DNA of 43,050 nt from a virus (taxonomy: Duplodnaviria > Caudoviricetes). The notes beneath the pieces were generated by a model. It saw only the letters and a list, made by a program, of their open reading frames with translations. It did no database searches and had not been told where the DNA came from. This document shows, one piece after another, positions 28,613 through 37,871 of this stretch. The first letter of the stretch is position 1. Each line of letters begins with the position of its first letter. The stretch lies in IMG/VR virus record IMGVR_UViG_3300033146_003090, positions 1 to 43,050 of that record, one strand, 5' to 3'. The position numbers and the translations under genes are program-made.

Positions 28613-28626
28613 TCGATCAAATGGTT

Positions 28627-28662
28627 AAAGGGGCTTCCGAATCAGTGGAAGCCCCTTTTTTT
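28627..28662 (+). terminator. Rho-independent terminator
   Basis: AAAGGGGCTTCC...GGAAGCCCCTTTTTTT. Confidence 0.9.
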
Positions 28663-28663
28663 G

Positions 28664-28692
28664 TTGACATAGTTAAATAGTCATGATATGAT
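28664..28692 (+). promoter_or_regulatory. sigma70-type promoter
   Basis: TTGACA-N17-TATGAT. Confidence 0.85.
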
Positions 28693-28735
28693 TAGGGCAT
28701 CTTACTAATGAATTACCTTGATTGGAGGATTGGTA

Positions 28736-29797
28736 TTGAGTTTATACATTGATAGAGAATACATCAATAAGATTTCATTCACATTGGATCTGTTTAAATG
28801 GGTCAAATCTAATGAAGCCAATTTCAGATGTCCTCTATGCGGTGACTCTTCCAAGAAAGCATCAAAGAAACGTGGCTGGTTCCATTTAGATTCAAATCGA
28901 GATTCAGAGAAGTTCTTTTATAAATGCTTCAATTGTGGTGCCAATCCCCCTTTTCATACTTTCCTCAAGAATTATGATTCTATCTTATATGAAGAGTATT
29001 TATTGGACACCTTTAATCGAAAGGGTAAACCAAAGAGGAAAGTGTTTAAGAAAGCAGTGGCTCCTTTTGCCCTGAAAGAGAACGGTAAGCCGGTTAGAGT
29101 AGTAGAGCATAAGAGTTCAGTTAAACCTTCCATTATGGATAGGTTCCTGCGTGTCTGTGACTTAGATGACCGTCATGAAGCAAAGCAGTATGTCAATAAT
29201 AGGAAACTTCCAGAATATACCCATAAAATTTTACATTACACTGAAGACTGGGTTGACCTGGTAGAATTGATTGATCCTATGCTTGCAAAGAAGTCCTGGC
29301 ATGAATCAAGATTACTGATCCCATTCTATGATCAAGCTCGTGAACTGACATATGTACAAGGCAGATCATTTGACCCTAATGCATTTCTTCGGTATATCAC
29401 TTTGAAAGTTCCAGATACTGAAGGCAGAAAGCTCTATGGCTTAGATAGATGTAATCAAGCCAAGACTGTATTGGTTTGTGAAGGTGGGATTGATTCCTTG
29501 TTTCTATATAATTGTGTGGCTGTAGGTGATGGCTCTCTATTATCATGTGATTTTGGAGATATCTATTTGCCTGATATTCAGATGAGAAACAAAGAGGTAG
29601 TGTCTACCTATAAGAAGATCATAGAAGCAGGCAAGGAAGTAGTAATTTGGGGATCTGATTGGAAGTACAAAGGAAAAGATATCAATGATTTCATTATGAA
29701 TGGAGCCAGTATCCAGGAAATCCATGAATATATAGCCAAGCATAAGTACAAAGGGCTCAAGGCCATGCTTAAATTAGGGGAATATCAGAGGATATGA
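28736..29797 (+). CDS. gp61: DNA primase (T4 gp61-like)
   Basis: NFRCPLCGDS..KKRG..KCFNCG, RLLIPF, QGRS, RYIT, EGGIDSLF, KDIND; TTG start after GGAGG. Confidence 0.95.
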   Translation: MSLYIDREYINKISFTLDLFKWVKSNEANFRCPLCGDSSKKASKKRGWFHLDSNRDSEKFFYKCFNCGANPPFHTFLKNYDSILYEEYLLDTFNRKGKPKRKVFKKAVAPFALKENGKPVRVVEHKSSVKPSIMDRFLRVCDLDDRHEAKQYVNNRKLPEYTHKILHYTEDWVDLVELIDPMLAKKSWHESRLLIPFYDQARELTYVQGRSFDPNAFLRYITLKVPDTEGRKLYGLDRCNQAKTVLVCEGGIDSLFLYNCVAVGDGSLLSCDFGDIYLPDIQMRNKEVVSTYKKIIEAGKEVVIWGSDWKYKGKDINDFIMNGASIQEIHEYIAKHKYKGLKAMLKLGEYQRI

Positions 29798-29868
29798 TTC
29801 TCATGTTACAAAATAGGCTAAAAATTAGGAAATATGCTGTTTTTCAGAAAAAGTGAATAAATCCAATT

Positions 29869-29894
29869 AGTTAAGATTTGAGTTTGTAGGGCCA
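29869..29894 (-). repeat. Degenerate copy of the dispersed element
   Basis: AGTTAAGATTTGAGTTTGTAGGGCCA; 19/26 identical to the reverse complement of 5843-5868. Confidence 0.7.
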
Positions 29895-30094
29895 TGAACT
29901 GAGTTTTTTAAAATTTAATGTAACAATGAGGATACTCTGATTTTGAAGAGTATTTATAAATGTATCATTGAACTGATATTAGATTCAACTTGAACTCAAA
30001 TCATACTCAATATTTGATTGGATGTTCATTTTTGTGTCATTTCTTCCAAGAAAGGCCAAAAGTTAGAAATTTCGATTGTCTAATCATTTCAAGC

Positions 30095-30117
30095 ACTTAA
30101 TTTTCTGTTTTGTAGGG
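30095..30117 (-). repeat. Dispersed 23-bp element, copy 2
   Basis: ACTTAATTTTCTGTTTTGTAGGG. Confidence 0.9.
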
Positions 30118-30184
30118 AAATGATTTTAGTTTTTAAGTACATCAGAGAAGGTTTAAAATCAACCATTTTGAAGGAGAAAAATCA

Positions 30185-30283
30185 ATGAAACAGTTTTTCT
30201 TGTGGTTCATATTATTTGGGGTTTGGACGGTGGATCAGTTGGCGATGCAGTTTTGCATCTATCATTGGATGTTTTTAGCTTAA
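30185..30283 (+). CDS. 32-aa hydrophobic peptide
   Basis: AAGGAG RBS; MKQFFLWFILFGVWTVDQLAMQFCIYHWMFLA*; below the ORF-track cutoff. Confidence 0.55.
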   Translation: MKQFFLWFILFGVWTVDQLAMQFCIYHWMFLA

Positions 30284-30295
30284 AGGAATTGAATC

Positions 30296-31021
30296 ATGGA
30301 TTTGAATATTTTGTGCAGCATTCATGAAACTTGGGCATTGTACGTCAATGGTCATCTCATTACTTCTATGCCTAAATATCTTCAGGATACATTTAAGGAA
30401 CATGCAGAAGATTTTGGCGTAAAGCTTATTGATGAAGTCGTTGAAATCATGGTCACTGAAGAAGGGGATTCATATATTGAAAGATTTGGTTTCCCAATGA
30501 AACAAGATGATTTACCGGGAATATATCCAGGAAATTACAAAACCATTAATCATATCAAACCTTCTAATGACGAATATTACTTCAAAATGCTTGAAGTAAT
30601 TTCTCTCAGGTCAGGATGCAGTAGAGGAAGAGCATCATGCTTGTTTGTCAAGAATGATGATATTGTAGCCACTGGTTTCAGTGCAACTACTCCCGGGCAG
30701 CCAGATTGTGATGAATTGGGTCATGAATTCATCACTACAATTGAATCAGGGGAATTACACAAGCATTGTGTTCGATGCATGCATGCCGAACAAATGGCAA
30801 TAGCCAGGGCAGTTAAGAATAGAATTTCATTGAAAGGGACTACTTTGTACGTTTCTTTTACTCCATGCATGGTTTGTGCCAGGATGATCGCGCTAACGGG
30901 ATGTGTAGCTGTTGTAGCTTGGAATCAATATCAATCACAAGAATCAGTTAGAGAGGTTTTGGTTGCAGCTGGAATCAGTTTGAGGCACATTAATGAAAAA
31001 ATACAAGATTACTCAAATTAA
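30296..31021 (+). CDS. dCMP deaminase with an N-terminal extension
   Basis: RSGC, ATGF, HAEQMAI, TLYV..PCMVC. Confidence 0.9.
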   Translation: MDLNILCSIHETWALYVNGHLITSMPKYLQDTFKEHAEDFGVKLIDEVVEIMVTEEGDSYIERFGFPMKQDDLPGIYPGNYKTINHIKPSNDEYYFKMLEVISLRSGCSRGRASCLFVKNDDIVATGFSATTPGQPDCDELGHEFITTIESGELHKHCVRCMHAEQMAIARAVKNRISLKGTTLYVSFTPCMVCARMIALTGCVAVVAWNQYQSQESVREVLVAAGISLRHINEKIQDYSN

Positions 31022-31024
31022 TTG

Positions 31025-31053
31025 TTGACAGAGTTGGATTCATGTGGTAGGAT
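31025..31053 (+). promoter_or_regulatory. sigma70-type promoter with extended -10
   Basis: TTGACA-N17-TAGGAT, TG upstream of the -10. Confidence 0.8.
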
Positions 31054-31087
31054 CAATTTAATTCGACAACAAACAAAGGAAAAACAC

Positions 31088-31507
31088 ATGACTCCAACTA
31101 AACACGAACGGGCAGGAATCATTCCATTTTACATCGAAAATAATAAGGTCTTTGTCTATCTAATGATCCCTTCAAACAAACGATTTGGAGGAACTCAACC
31201 TCAGATAGCCAAAGGATGTAAAGATGGGGACGAAACCCCATGGGAAACCGCTACCAGAGAAGCATATGAAGAAATTGGTCTCATGGAATCAAATCTCAAA
31301 GGGGATTCCATTACATTAGTGGATTCCAAGAACAAAATAACAATCTTTGCAAATGAAATCTACTCTCTTGCAGATTTTGATGAGTTTGGTCCAGAGACAG
31401 CGGGGACAGTGATATTGCAGTTAACTGAGAATAACATTTCATTGGTCAGGAAATGGCAACAACCTTACTTCATGGCTTTAATTGAATATTTTGAAAAAAA
31501 GTCTTGA
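31088..31507 (+). CDS. Nudix hydrolase (T4 NudE-like)
   Basis: AGIIPF; Nudix box KGCKDGDETPWETATREAYEEIG. Confidence 0.9.
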   Translation: MTPTKHERAGIIPFYIENNKVFVYLMIPSNKRFGGTQPQIAKGCKDGDETPWETATREAYEEIGLMESNLKGDSITLVDSKNKITIFANEIYSLADFDEFGPETAGTVILQLTENNISLVRKWQQPYFMALIEYFEKKS

Positions 31508-31532
31508 CAAAGGTAAACAATCAAGTTAGAAT
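31504..31532 (+). promoter_or_regulatory. sigma70-type promoter
   Basis: TTGACA-N17-TAGAAT. Confidence 0.85.
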
Positions 31533-31587
31533 CATTTCAAGTTCGATAGTAGTACAAACAACAACTTCATTTTAAAGGATTAAAAAC

Positions 31588-31905
31588 ATGAGCGAAACTA
31601 TCTTTTGTACAGCATGTGGTCATCCAGGAATCAATATCAATGCAACTGCATGTCCTTCTTGCGGAAAACCATTTAAAGCAGTACCAGCAGTCACAGAGAA
31701 ATCAAAATTTGCATTCCTGGTCATGCTCTGGTTTTTGGGTGGATTTGGAGCCCATTATTTCTACCTCGGGAAACCAAAAATAGCCAAAAAGTTTCTTCTT
31801 TCTTGGCTGATCTTGGCTCCATTTGTTTGGCTCCCATACAACTTTTGTTGTGTCATGTTCATGACCGATGCCCAGTTTGCAGAATATGTAAACAACTTGG
31901 AGTAA
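31588..31905 (+). CDS. Zinc-ribbon plus TM2 domain membrane protein
   Basis: FCTACG..CPSCG; KSK..WFLGGFGAHYFYLGK. Confidence 0.9.
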   Translation: MSETIFCTACGHPGININATACPSCGKPFKAVPAVTEKSKFAFLVMLWFLGGFGAHYFYLGKPKIAKKFLLSWLILAPFVWLPYNFCCVMFMTDAQFAEYVNNLE

Positions 31906-31924
31906 ATTTCAAATAGTTCCTAAG

Positions 31925-31962
31925 CAAAAAGCCCATTCACATATTAACGTGAATGGGCTTTT
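31925..31962. terminator. Bidirectional terminator between convergent genes
   Basis: AAAAAGCCCATTCAC...GTGAATGGGCTTTT. Confidence 0.88.
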
Positions 31963-31968
31963 CATATT

Positions 31969-32346
31969 TTAAACTTCAGTGACATCAACACGAAAGAAAT
32001 CTGGCATGGCATCATTGATCATGAATTCGATTGCAATGTTTTCATTATGATTATGAATAATATCAGCAATCTCTGTACCGTCCAGAGGGATATATTGTTG
32101 TTTATATTTTTTATCTTCAACTATCCAAGTAATATCAACCCCAAGCTCGGGTTCTTTAATCAATACTCCAGTAGATGATATTTTATTATGGATCCAATCA
32201 TCAAATAAAATCCAATAAACCCCTTCTCTATCTATATCATAATCCACCATCATATCTGCAATTTTATCTTCTGAATATTCGCAAATCTCTCTGGTGATTC
32301 CAGCTGTATTTCCCTCTATTTCAAATTCAAATTTCAAATTCACCAT
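31969..32346 (-). CDS. Hypothetical acidic protein (only credible minus-strand gene)
   Basis: GGGGGA RBS on the minus strand; fills the gap; ends at the bidirectional terminator. Confidence 0.75.
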   Translation of the reverse strand: MVNLKFEFEIEGNTAGITREICEYSEDKIADMMVDYDIDREGVYWILFDDWIHNKISSTGVLIKEPELGVDITWIVEDKKYKQQYIPLDGTEIADIIHNHNENIAIEFMINDAMPDFFRVDVTEV

Positions 32347-32356
32347 GCTATCCCCC

Positions 32357-32378
32357 TTAAATAATTACATTTTAAATA
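32357..32378 (+). promoter_or_regulatory. Putative late promoter(s)
   Basis: TTAAATA at 32357 and 32372, before gp16. Confidence 0.6.
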
Positions 32379-32411
32379 GTATTAAGACAATCATATTTAA
32401 CGGAGGTTGTG

Positions 32412-32942
32412 ATGGATGTTAATAGTGCCATTAAAGATGCAATTGAATTTGGCAATGAAATAGCTAATGGAGATGAAGACTTCTCCGATAAGCAAGAATA
32501 TGAAATGGATATTAAAGAAATTCCGAGTACAATGGTGGGTGAGGATGATCTATCCATTGACTATAAACAAGCACGCAATATGCTGTATACACTTTCAGGA
32601 GTATGTCAGCAAGTAATAAACAATTCAATGACCATGTTACTGGATGTACAGCATCCAAGAAGTGTTGAAGCAGTAGTTGCAGCCATGCAATTAATGAGAA
32701 CACTAATTACAGATATGGCTGGTGGATTACATGAGAAGCATCAAAGAGTAATATCAGAGATGCTTGATAATTTACCGGATAATGAAGATATAGATACAAG
32801 TGACGATATGAGTGAGATTGTAGGCTCATTACAAGAGATTTTGGATGGTATTGAAAATCTTGACATTCAAGCAAAGGATGAATCTAATGGCAAAGGGACG
32901 CAGGAACAAGGAGAAGAGGAAAGCAGCTCCAGTACATCCTAA
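32412..32942 (+). CDS. gp16: Terminase small subunit (T4 gp16-like)
   Basis: DYKQARNM..QHPRSVE; directly upstream of gp17. Confidence 0.85.
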   Translation: MDVNSAIKDAIEFGNEIANGDEDFSDKQEYEMDIKEIPSTMVGEDDLSIDYKQARNMLYTLSGVCQQVINNSMTMLLDVQHPRSVEAVVAAMQLMRTLITDMAGGLHEKHQRVISEMLDNLPDNEDIDTSDDMSEIVGSLQEILDGIENLDIQAKDESNGKGTQEQGEEESSSSTS

Positions 32943-34611
32943 GAAAATATCTGTTCCTGGTGTATCTGATTGGTCTATGACTCTGAAAGAATGCTATCTT
33001 GGAAATCCAACGGTTAAAATTGCCGGGATATCCAAAAGATTTACAAAACCTCAGATAGCAGAAATTATTAAGTGCTCAAGATCAGTAGAATACTTTACGA
33101 TGAATTATTGTAGGATCATTTCCATCGATGAAGGTGAAGTTCCTTTTATACCATATGATTATCAAATTGAATTACTCAAGAAATATCAAGATAACAGATT
33201 CGTTATTACAGTACAGGCAAGACAGTCAGGTAAGACTATCACTACCGCTGCGTATATCCTATGGTATGCCCTGTTTCATTCACAAAAGACTATAGGCATA
33301 CTTGCTAATAAAGAAGCCCAGTCAAAAGAGATTTTACTGAGAATCACACAGATGTTTCAAGGTCTGCCTTTCTTCTTACAGCAAGGTGCCACTGAGCTCA
33401 ATAAAAAATCAATTTCATTTGAAAATGGCTCCAGGATTTTAGCCTCAGCCACATCTTCAAGTGCAATTCGTGGCATGAGCTTGAGCTTATTATATTTGGA
33501 TGAATTTGCATTCGTGGCTGACGATGTTAATTTCTTCAGTTCAGTTATGCCGACAATTTCAAGTGGTAAAGAATCAAAGATTATCATTTCATCTACTCCC
33601 AATGGTCAAAGAGGGATGTTTCATAAATTATATACTCAGGCTGAAAGAGGTTTGAATGAATATGCATTTATGAATATAAAATGGGATAGAGTTCCAGGAA
33701 GAGATGAAACTTGGAAGATATCCACCATCTTGTCCATGTCTGGTAATGTATCACAATTTGAGCAAGAATATTGTAATAATTTCCAAGGGTCAGAAGGTGC
33801 ATTGCTTTCAATGGAATATTATCAAACAATGTCCTTCTTTAATCCAATTAGGAACATAGGAGATTTTTTAAATATATATGAAGAAGCGAAAAAGGATAAT
33901 AAATACATTGGAGTAGTAGATTGCGCAGGTGGAGAAGGTGGAGCAGCCGACAGCTCAGTTATTCAGATAATTGATGTCACACAGATACCATATAAACAAG
34001 TGGCAATGTATAGGAATAATAAGATTTCACCCTTGTTATTCCCGTATACAGTCGTTTCAGTCTGTGAGCAATATAACTCTTGTCCTGTTCTCATCGAAAA
34101 TAATCATCGTGTAGGTGGAACAGTTTCATATGCAGTTTATATGGAGCTGGAATATGAGGGTTGTTTAACTACGTCCCCTGATAAGATTAGGTCAAAGAGA
34201 ATCATGGGAAGGAATGCAGTACCTGGAATTGAAATTAACAAGAAAATCAAAGCTATTGGCTGTTCAAATCTCAAGACTCTTATTGAGAATGATAGATTGA
34301 TTTTGGTAGATGAAACCACTATCAATGAGATTGGTGTCTTTGTTGATAATAAAAAGGGGTCATATGCTGCCGATCAGGGATGCCATGATGATACAATATC
34401 ACCATTTGTAATATTTGGATGGTTGACCAAAACTGATTGGTTTCTTGATTATTACAATACCAACATTTCAGTAAATGTTTATGAGCATCAAAGAGAAAAA
34501 ATGGCAGAGGATCTGCTACCATTTATTACTTCAAATGAACCTGAAATGCATCATACAACTGTTGCTGAAAATGCATTTGGTGAAACCGTCATAGAGTCTT
34601 CCATGTTTTGA
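32887..34611 (+). CDS. gp17: Terminase large subunit (T4 gp17-like)
   Basis: YLGNP, ARQSGKT, YLDEFAF, STPNG, FEQEY, VDCAGG, HDD. Confidence 0.97.
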   Translation: MAKGRRNKEKRKAAPVHPKKISVPGVSDWSMTLKECYLGNPTVKIAGISKRFTKPQIAEIIKCSRSVEYFTMNYCRIISIDEGEVPFIPYDYQIELLKKYQDNRFVITVQARQSGKTITTAAYILWYALFHSQKTIGILANKEAQSKEILLRITQMFQGLPFFLQQGATELNKKSISFENGSRILASATSSSAIRGMSLSLLYLDEFAFVADDVNFFSSVMPTISSGKESKIIISSTPNGQRGMFHKLYTQAERGLNEYAFMNIKWDRVPGRDETWKISTILSMSGNVSQFEQEYCNNFQGSEGALLSMEYYQTMSFFNPIRNIGDFLNIYEEAKKDNKYIGVVDCAGGEGGAADSSVIQIIDVTQIPYKQVAMYRNNKISPLLFPYTVVSVCEQYNSCPVLIENNHRVGGTVSYAVYMELEYEGCLTTSPDKIRSKRIMGRNAVPGIEINKKIKAIGCSNLKTLIENDRLILVDETTINEIGVFVDNKKGSYAADQGCHDDTISPFVIFGWLTKTDWFLDYYNTNISVNVYEHQREKMAEDLLPFITSNEPEMHHTTVAENAFGETVIESSMF

Positions 34612-34613
34612 CG

Positions 34614-34620
34614 TTAAATA
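34614..34620 (+). promoter_or_regulatory. Putative late promoter
   Basis: TTAAATA before gp18. Confidence 0.65.
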
Positions 34621-34675
34621 TACATAGACAAGAAAATGAATTATTCACGAAAAACAAAAATAAAGGAGCATTCAA

Positions 34676-37147
34676 ATGTTCTCAGTAAGCCCTACAGTAG
34701 AATTTACAGAAACTGACTTAACTTACGTTGTTAGGTCTCAAACATCTGCCATTGGTGGTATCGCAGGTAAGTTCCTTTGGGGGCCTGCCGATGATCCTTA
34801 TTTCATAACCGAAGGTGAAACCGAACTTATCACAAAGTTTGGAAAACCATCTACATCGTTGTATTCATCTCAGCTCCAGGCCATTGATTATCTTTCATAT
34901 GCTGATCAGCTATGGGTTAATCGTGCTGTAGGCCCTAATGCCAGATGCGCAGTTAGAGATACTGCAGTTCCCCTCTATATTCGCAATGATAATGAATATG
35001 TAGATGCTGTCATTGTTGGTACAGAGTTTTTGGCCAAATATGTTGGTGCTCTTGGTAATAATCTAATTGTTGACGTTGCAGATGCAGCCAAGTTCAACTC
35101 TAATTGGGAATATGCCCGGTATTTTACTAAAGAACCCCAGCCTGGTGAATTTGCCATTGTTGTGCTTGATAAAGATGGTTATTTTTCGGGTGGCCTTGGA
35201 GCTACTGGCCAGGAAGATACTTTAACCATTGAAGGTGAGGCTGCAGGCGGTATTCAGCAGATTGAAGATTATACTTTCCTTGGTGGACCTATCTCTGGGG
35301 GAGTTAAACAACAGGAAGTGATCTCAATTAATGGTATTGCAACTGGAGTTGGACCTTTGGTTGTTGCACATACTGCCCTTGTTCCTGGAACTGTTACGAC
35401 TTCCATGGCTATTGGTGATATGCCTGCAACAATAGCAGTTCAGATGGCTGCCGATTTTCTGGCTGATCCCAACTTTGACTCTGCCGTGGTTATTAATGGA
35501 TCTCAGGTATTGGTTACTTATTCCGATTACCTGCTTCATGCCAAGATAGCTGATTATTCCCTTGACGGTATTACAGTAACTTCAGTGATTACAACTGCTG
35601 GAAGTAATGTAGTTTCAATCGTTGTTGATGGAAATAATGTTGACTGCCTTGATACTGATACAATCACTGATGTTGCAACCAAGTGTAAAGCTGTAATGGA
35701 TTTGAATCCTGCATACTCTGCAGTAACTGCTACCGCTGGTGTCCTGAATGTCACTTTTGCCGAGCCGATTCTGAGAACAGTAATAGGTGCTACCTCATTC
35801 AGTGGTGTGACTGGTTCTTCAACTATTGTAACTCCCGGTGATGCTTTCTTTAATTTCAATTATCTTGGGCAGGTTATTAGTCTCAAGAATAAAGATAACG
35901 CAGCTGTAGTTGCTGCTAAAGTTGCTCAGGCAATTAAGATTGGTTTGCCTTTGGATTATGATACAGTCATAACTAATGGTTCGACAATCATATTGAACCA
36001 TGCTATACTTGGTGTTCAGGTTCTCACTGCACCACAGGCCATGACTCTTGGAATTAAAATTACAACTTCAATCACTGAAGTCTGTAATCATGGGGATATC
36101 CTGGAAAAATATGAATCTGTCTCTATTAACCCTGGTGCTTTGTATGACGATGGATCAGTGAAGTATTATATTGATCTGATCAATAATAAGTCTAATTATA
36201 TTAGAGTGGGTGATACTACTATGCCCCTGGCTAATGTAACACTGGAATTGGCTGGCGGAGTAGATGATAATGCATGTGATTTATTGGATGCTTTTGACAC
36301 TTTCGTGAATGCTGAGCAATTTGATATTAACTTCATGTTTGGTGCTTCAAGTGTAGTAGAACAACAGAAGATGATAGATATTGCAGGTACACGTAGGGAT
36401 TGTACTGTTCATATCTCTCCAATGCTTTCTGATCTTACAGCTTCTGATATCCTTACCGAAGTGTCTGAGTGGACTACAGTAGAACTCCAGCGTGATTCTT
36501 CTTATGTCTTCAAAACAGGAAACTGGGGTTATGTAAAGGATTCTTATAATGGGGTCTGGCGATGGATTCCTTGTGCCTCTGGAACGGCTGGAATTGCAGC
36601 CCGAATGTATAAAAAAGGCCAGCCTTGGTTTTCAGTTGCTGATGCTGATTATGGATATTATAAGAATTATGCCAAATTGGCTTGGAATCCCAATAAAGCT
36701 CAGAGGGATAAATTGGTCAAGTATCAGATCAACCCTGTCGTGTCTTTTAAGGGTGACGGCATTCGTTTGTTTGGTGACTGGACTGGTACTACTAAGCAGT
36801 CAGCCTTTCAGTTCTATCACATCCGCTGCCTCTTCATAGAGCTTGAAAAAGCAATTTCTACATTTGCTCATAAATATCTCTTCAAGATCAATGATGAGAT
36901 TACCAGAGCAACATTTCTTAATGCTGTTCGACCTTATCTCCGGGATATCAAGGCAAAACGTGGAATGCAGGATTTTAGAGTAGTAATTGATTCCAGGAAT
37001 AATACATCACAGCGTGTAATGTCTGGGGAAATGTATGCAGATTTCATGATCAAGCCCCTCTATTCTATCCGGTACATTTACCTGAATTTCTCAGCCATTA
37101 GAAGTGACTTCACCTTTGATGAAGTTGAGGATATGCTTTTTACCTAA
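34676..37147 (+). CDS. gp18: Tail sheath protein (T4 gp18-like) with a central insertion
   Basis: SP.V...ETDLT, GKFLWGP, FGKP, INPVV, R.LFI.LEK, IKP..SI.YI.LNF. Confidence 0.95.
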   Translation: MFSVSPTVEFTETDLTYVVRSQTSAIGGIAGKFLWGPADDPYFITEGETELITKFGKPSTSLYSSQLQAIDYLSYADQLWVNRAVGPNARCAVRDTAVPLYIRNDNEYVDAVIVGTEFLAKYVGALGNNLIVDVADAAKFNSNWEYARYFTKEPQPGEFAIVVLDKDGYFSGGLGATGQEDTLTIEGEAAGGIQQIEDYTFLGGPISGGVKQQEVISINGIATGVGPLVVAHTALVPGTVTTSMAIGDMPATIAVQMAADFLADPNFDSAVVINGSQVLVTYSDYLLHAKIADYSLDGITVTSVITTAGSNVVSIVVDGNNVDCLDTDTITDVATKCKAVMDLNPAYSAVTATAGVLNVTFAEPILRTVIGATSFSGVTGSSTIVTPGDAFFNFNYLGQVISLKNKDNAAVVAAKVAQAIKIGLPLDYDTVITNGSTIILNHAILGVQVLTAPQAMTLGIKITTSITEVCNHGDILEKYESVSINPGALYDDGSVKYYIDLINNKSNYIRVGDTTMPLANVTLELAGGVDDNACDLLDAFDTFVNAEQFDINFMFGASSVVEQQKMIDIAGTRRDCTVHISPMLSDLTASDILTEVSEWTTVELQRDSSYVFKTGNWGYVKDSYNGVWRWIPCASGTAGIAARMYKKGQPWFSVADADYGYYKNYAKLAWNPNKAQRDKLVKYQINPVVSFKGDGIRLFGDWTGTTKQSAFQFYHIRCLFIELEKAISTFAHKYLFKINDEITRATFLNAVRPYLRDIKAKRGMQDFRVVIDSRNNTSQRVMSGEMYADFMIKPLYSIRYIYLNFSAIRSDFTFDEVEDMLFT

Positions 37148-37154
37148 CAATCAA

Positions 37155-37182
37155 GGCTTGAGAGTTAAATGGCTCTCAAGCC
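37155..37182 (+). other. Intercistronic hairpin between gp18 and gp19
   Basis: GGCTTGAGAGTT-AAAT-GGCTCTCAAGCC, no U tract. Confidence 0.7.
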
Positions 37183-37211
37183 ATTAAAATTTACAATAGG
37201 AGATGTATAAA

Positions 37212-37742
37212 ATGGACATAAATACTTTCAAAGCCGCGATCAGTACCGGTGTTGTAAGACCTTATAGATGGAGAGTAATTTTTAATTTTCCAAGTGGAAC
37301 TGAGACAGGGGAAGGTGGGCGACAAGCAAACTTGCTTGCAAAAACAACTGTTCTCCCTTCTGCAACATTAGGCAAAATTGAACTCCCTTGGGGCGGTAGA
37401 ATTGTACCAGTGCCCGGAGACCGAGAATTTGCAGACATAGAATTTTCATTCCTGGCAGTCCAAAATTTCGATGTATGGGCAAGCTTTACTAAGTGGTCTG
37501 ACTATATCAATGGGTTTGAATCTAACGTCCCGCAGGATACCAGCTACATCGAGCAGACCAAAGATATCACGATGGAACTTTTGGATGCCCATGATAATGT
37601 ACTCCAACAGATAATTCTTTCAGGGGCATATCCTCTGGTAGTTGGTGAGATGACTTTGGATAGGGGAGCTCGCGACGAAGCCTCAGAGTTTAATGTCACC
37701 ATGGCCTACATAGAGCATCATATCACCAGTGTAACCACATAA
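37212..37742 (+). CDS. gp19: Tail tube protein (T4 gp19-like)
   Basis: INTFK..RP..V..FP, LP..LG.IE....GR....GDREF, GAYP. Confidence 0.93.
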   Translation: MDINTFKAAISTGVVRPYRWRVIFNFPSGTETGEGGRQANLLAKTTVLPSATLGKIELPWGGRIVPVPGDREFADIEFSFLAVQNFDVWASFTKWSDYINGFESNVPQDTSYIEQTKDITMELLDAHDNVLQQIILSGAYPLVVGEMTLDRGARDEASEFNVTMAYIEHHITSVTT

Positions 37743-37771
37743 TATAGTAATATCAATATCTTATGAATTTG

Positions 37772-37812
37772 AAATAGCATCACATAATGATTTTCATTAT
37801 GTGATGCTATTT
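37772..37812. repeat. Perfect 19-bp inverted repeat (possible terminator)
   Basis: AAATAGCATCACATAATGA-TTT-TCATTATGTGATGCTATTT. Confidence 0.85.
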
Positions 37813-37843
37813 TGATAGGGATTAAACAAGAAACATATCTCTT

Positions 37844-37850
37844 TTAAATA
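37844..37850 (+). promoter_or_regulatory. Putative late promoter
   Basis: TTAAATA before gp20. Confidence 0.65.
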
Positions 37851-37871
37851 TCAGAAAAAGGAGATCCTGTC

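Noticed and set aside
5846-30117. Transposon or invertible element bounded by the 23-bp inverted repeats
   Set aside because: No transposase or recombinase seen; the segment holds core genes with uniform orientation
12898-34611. Introns or inteins in the polymerase, topoisomerase, primase or terminase
   Set aside because: ORFs are continuous and of normal length, with no intein or homing-endonuclease motifs seen
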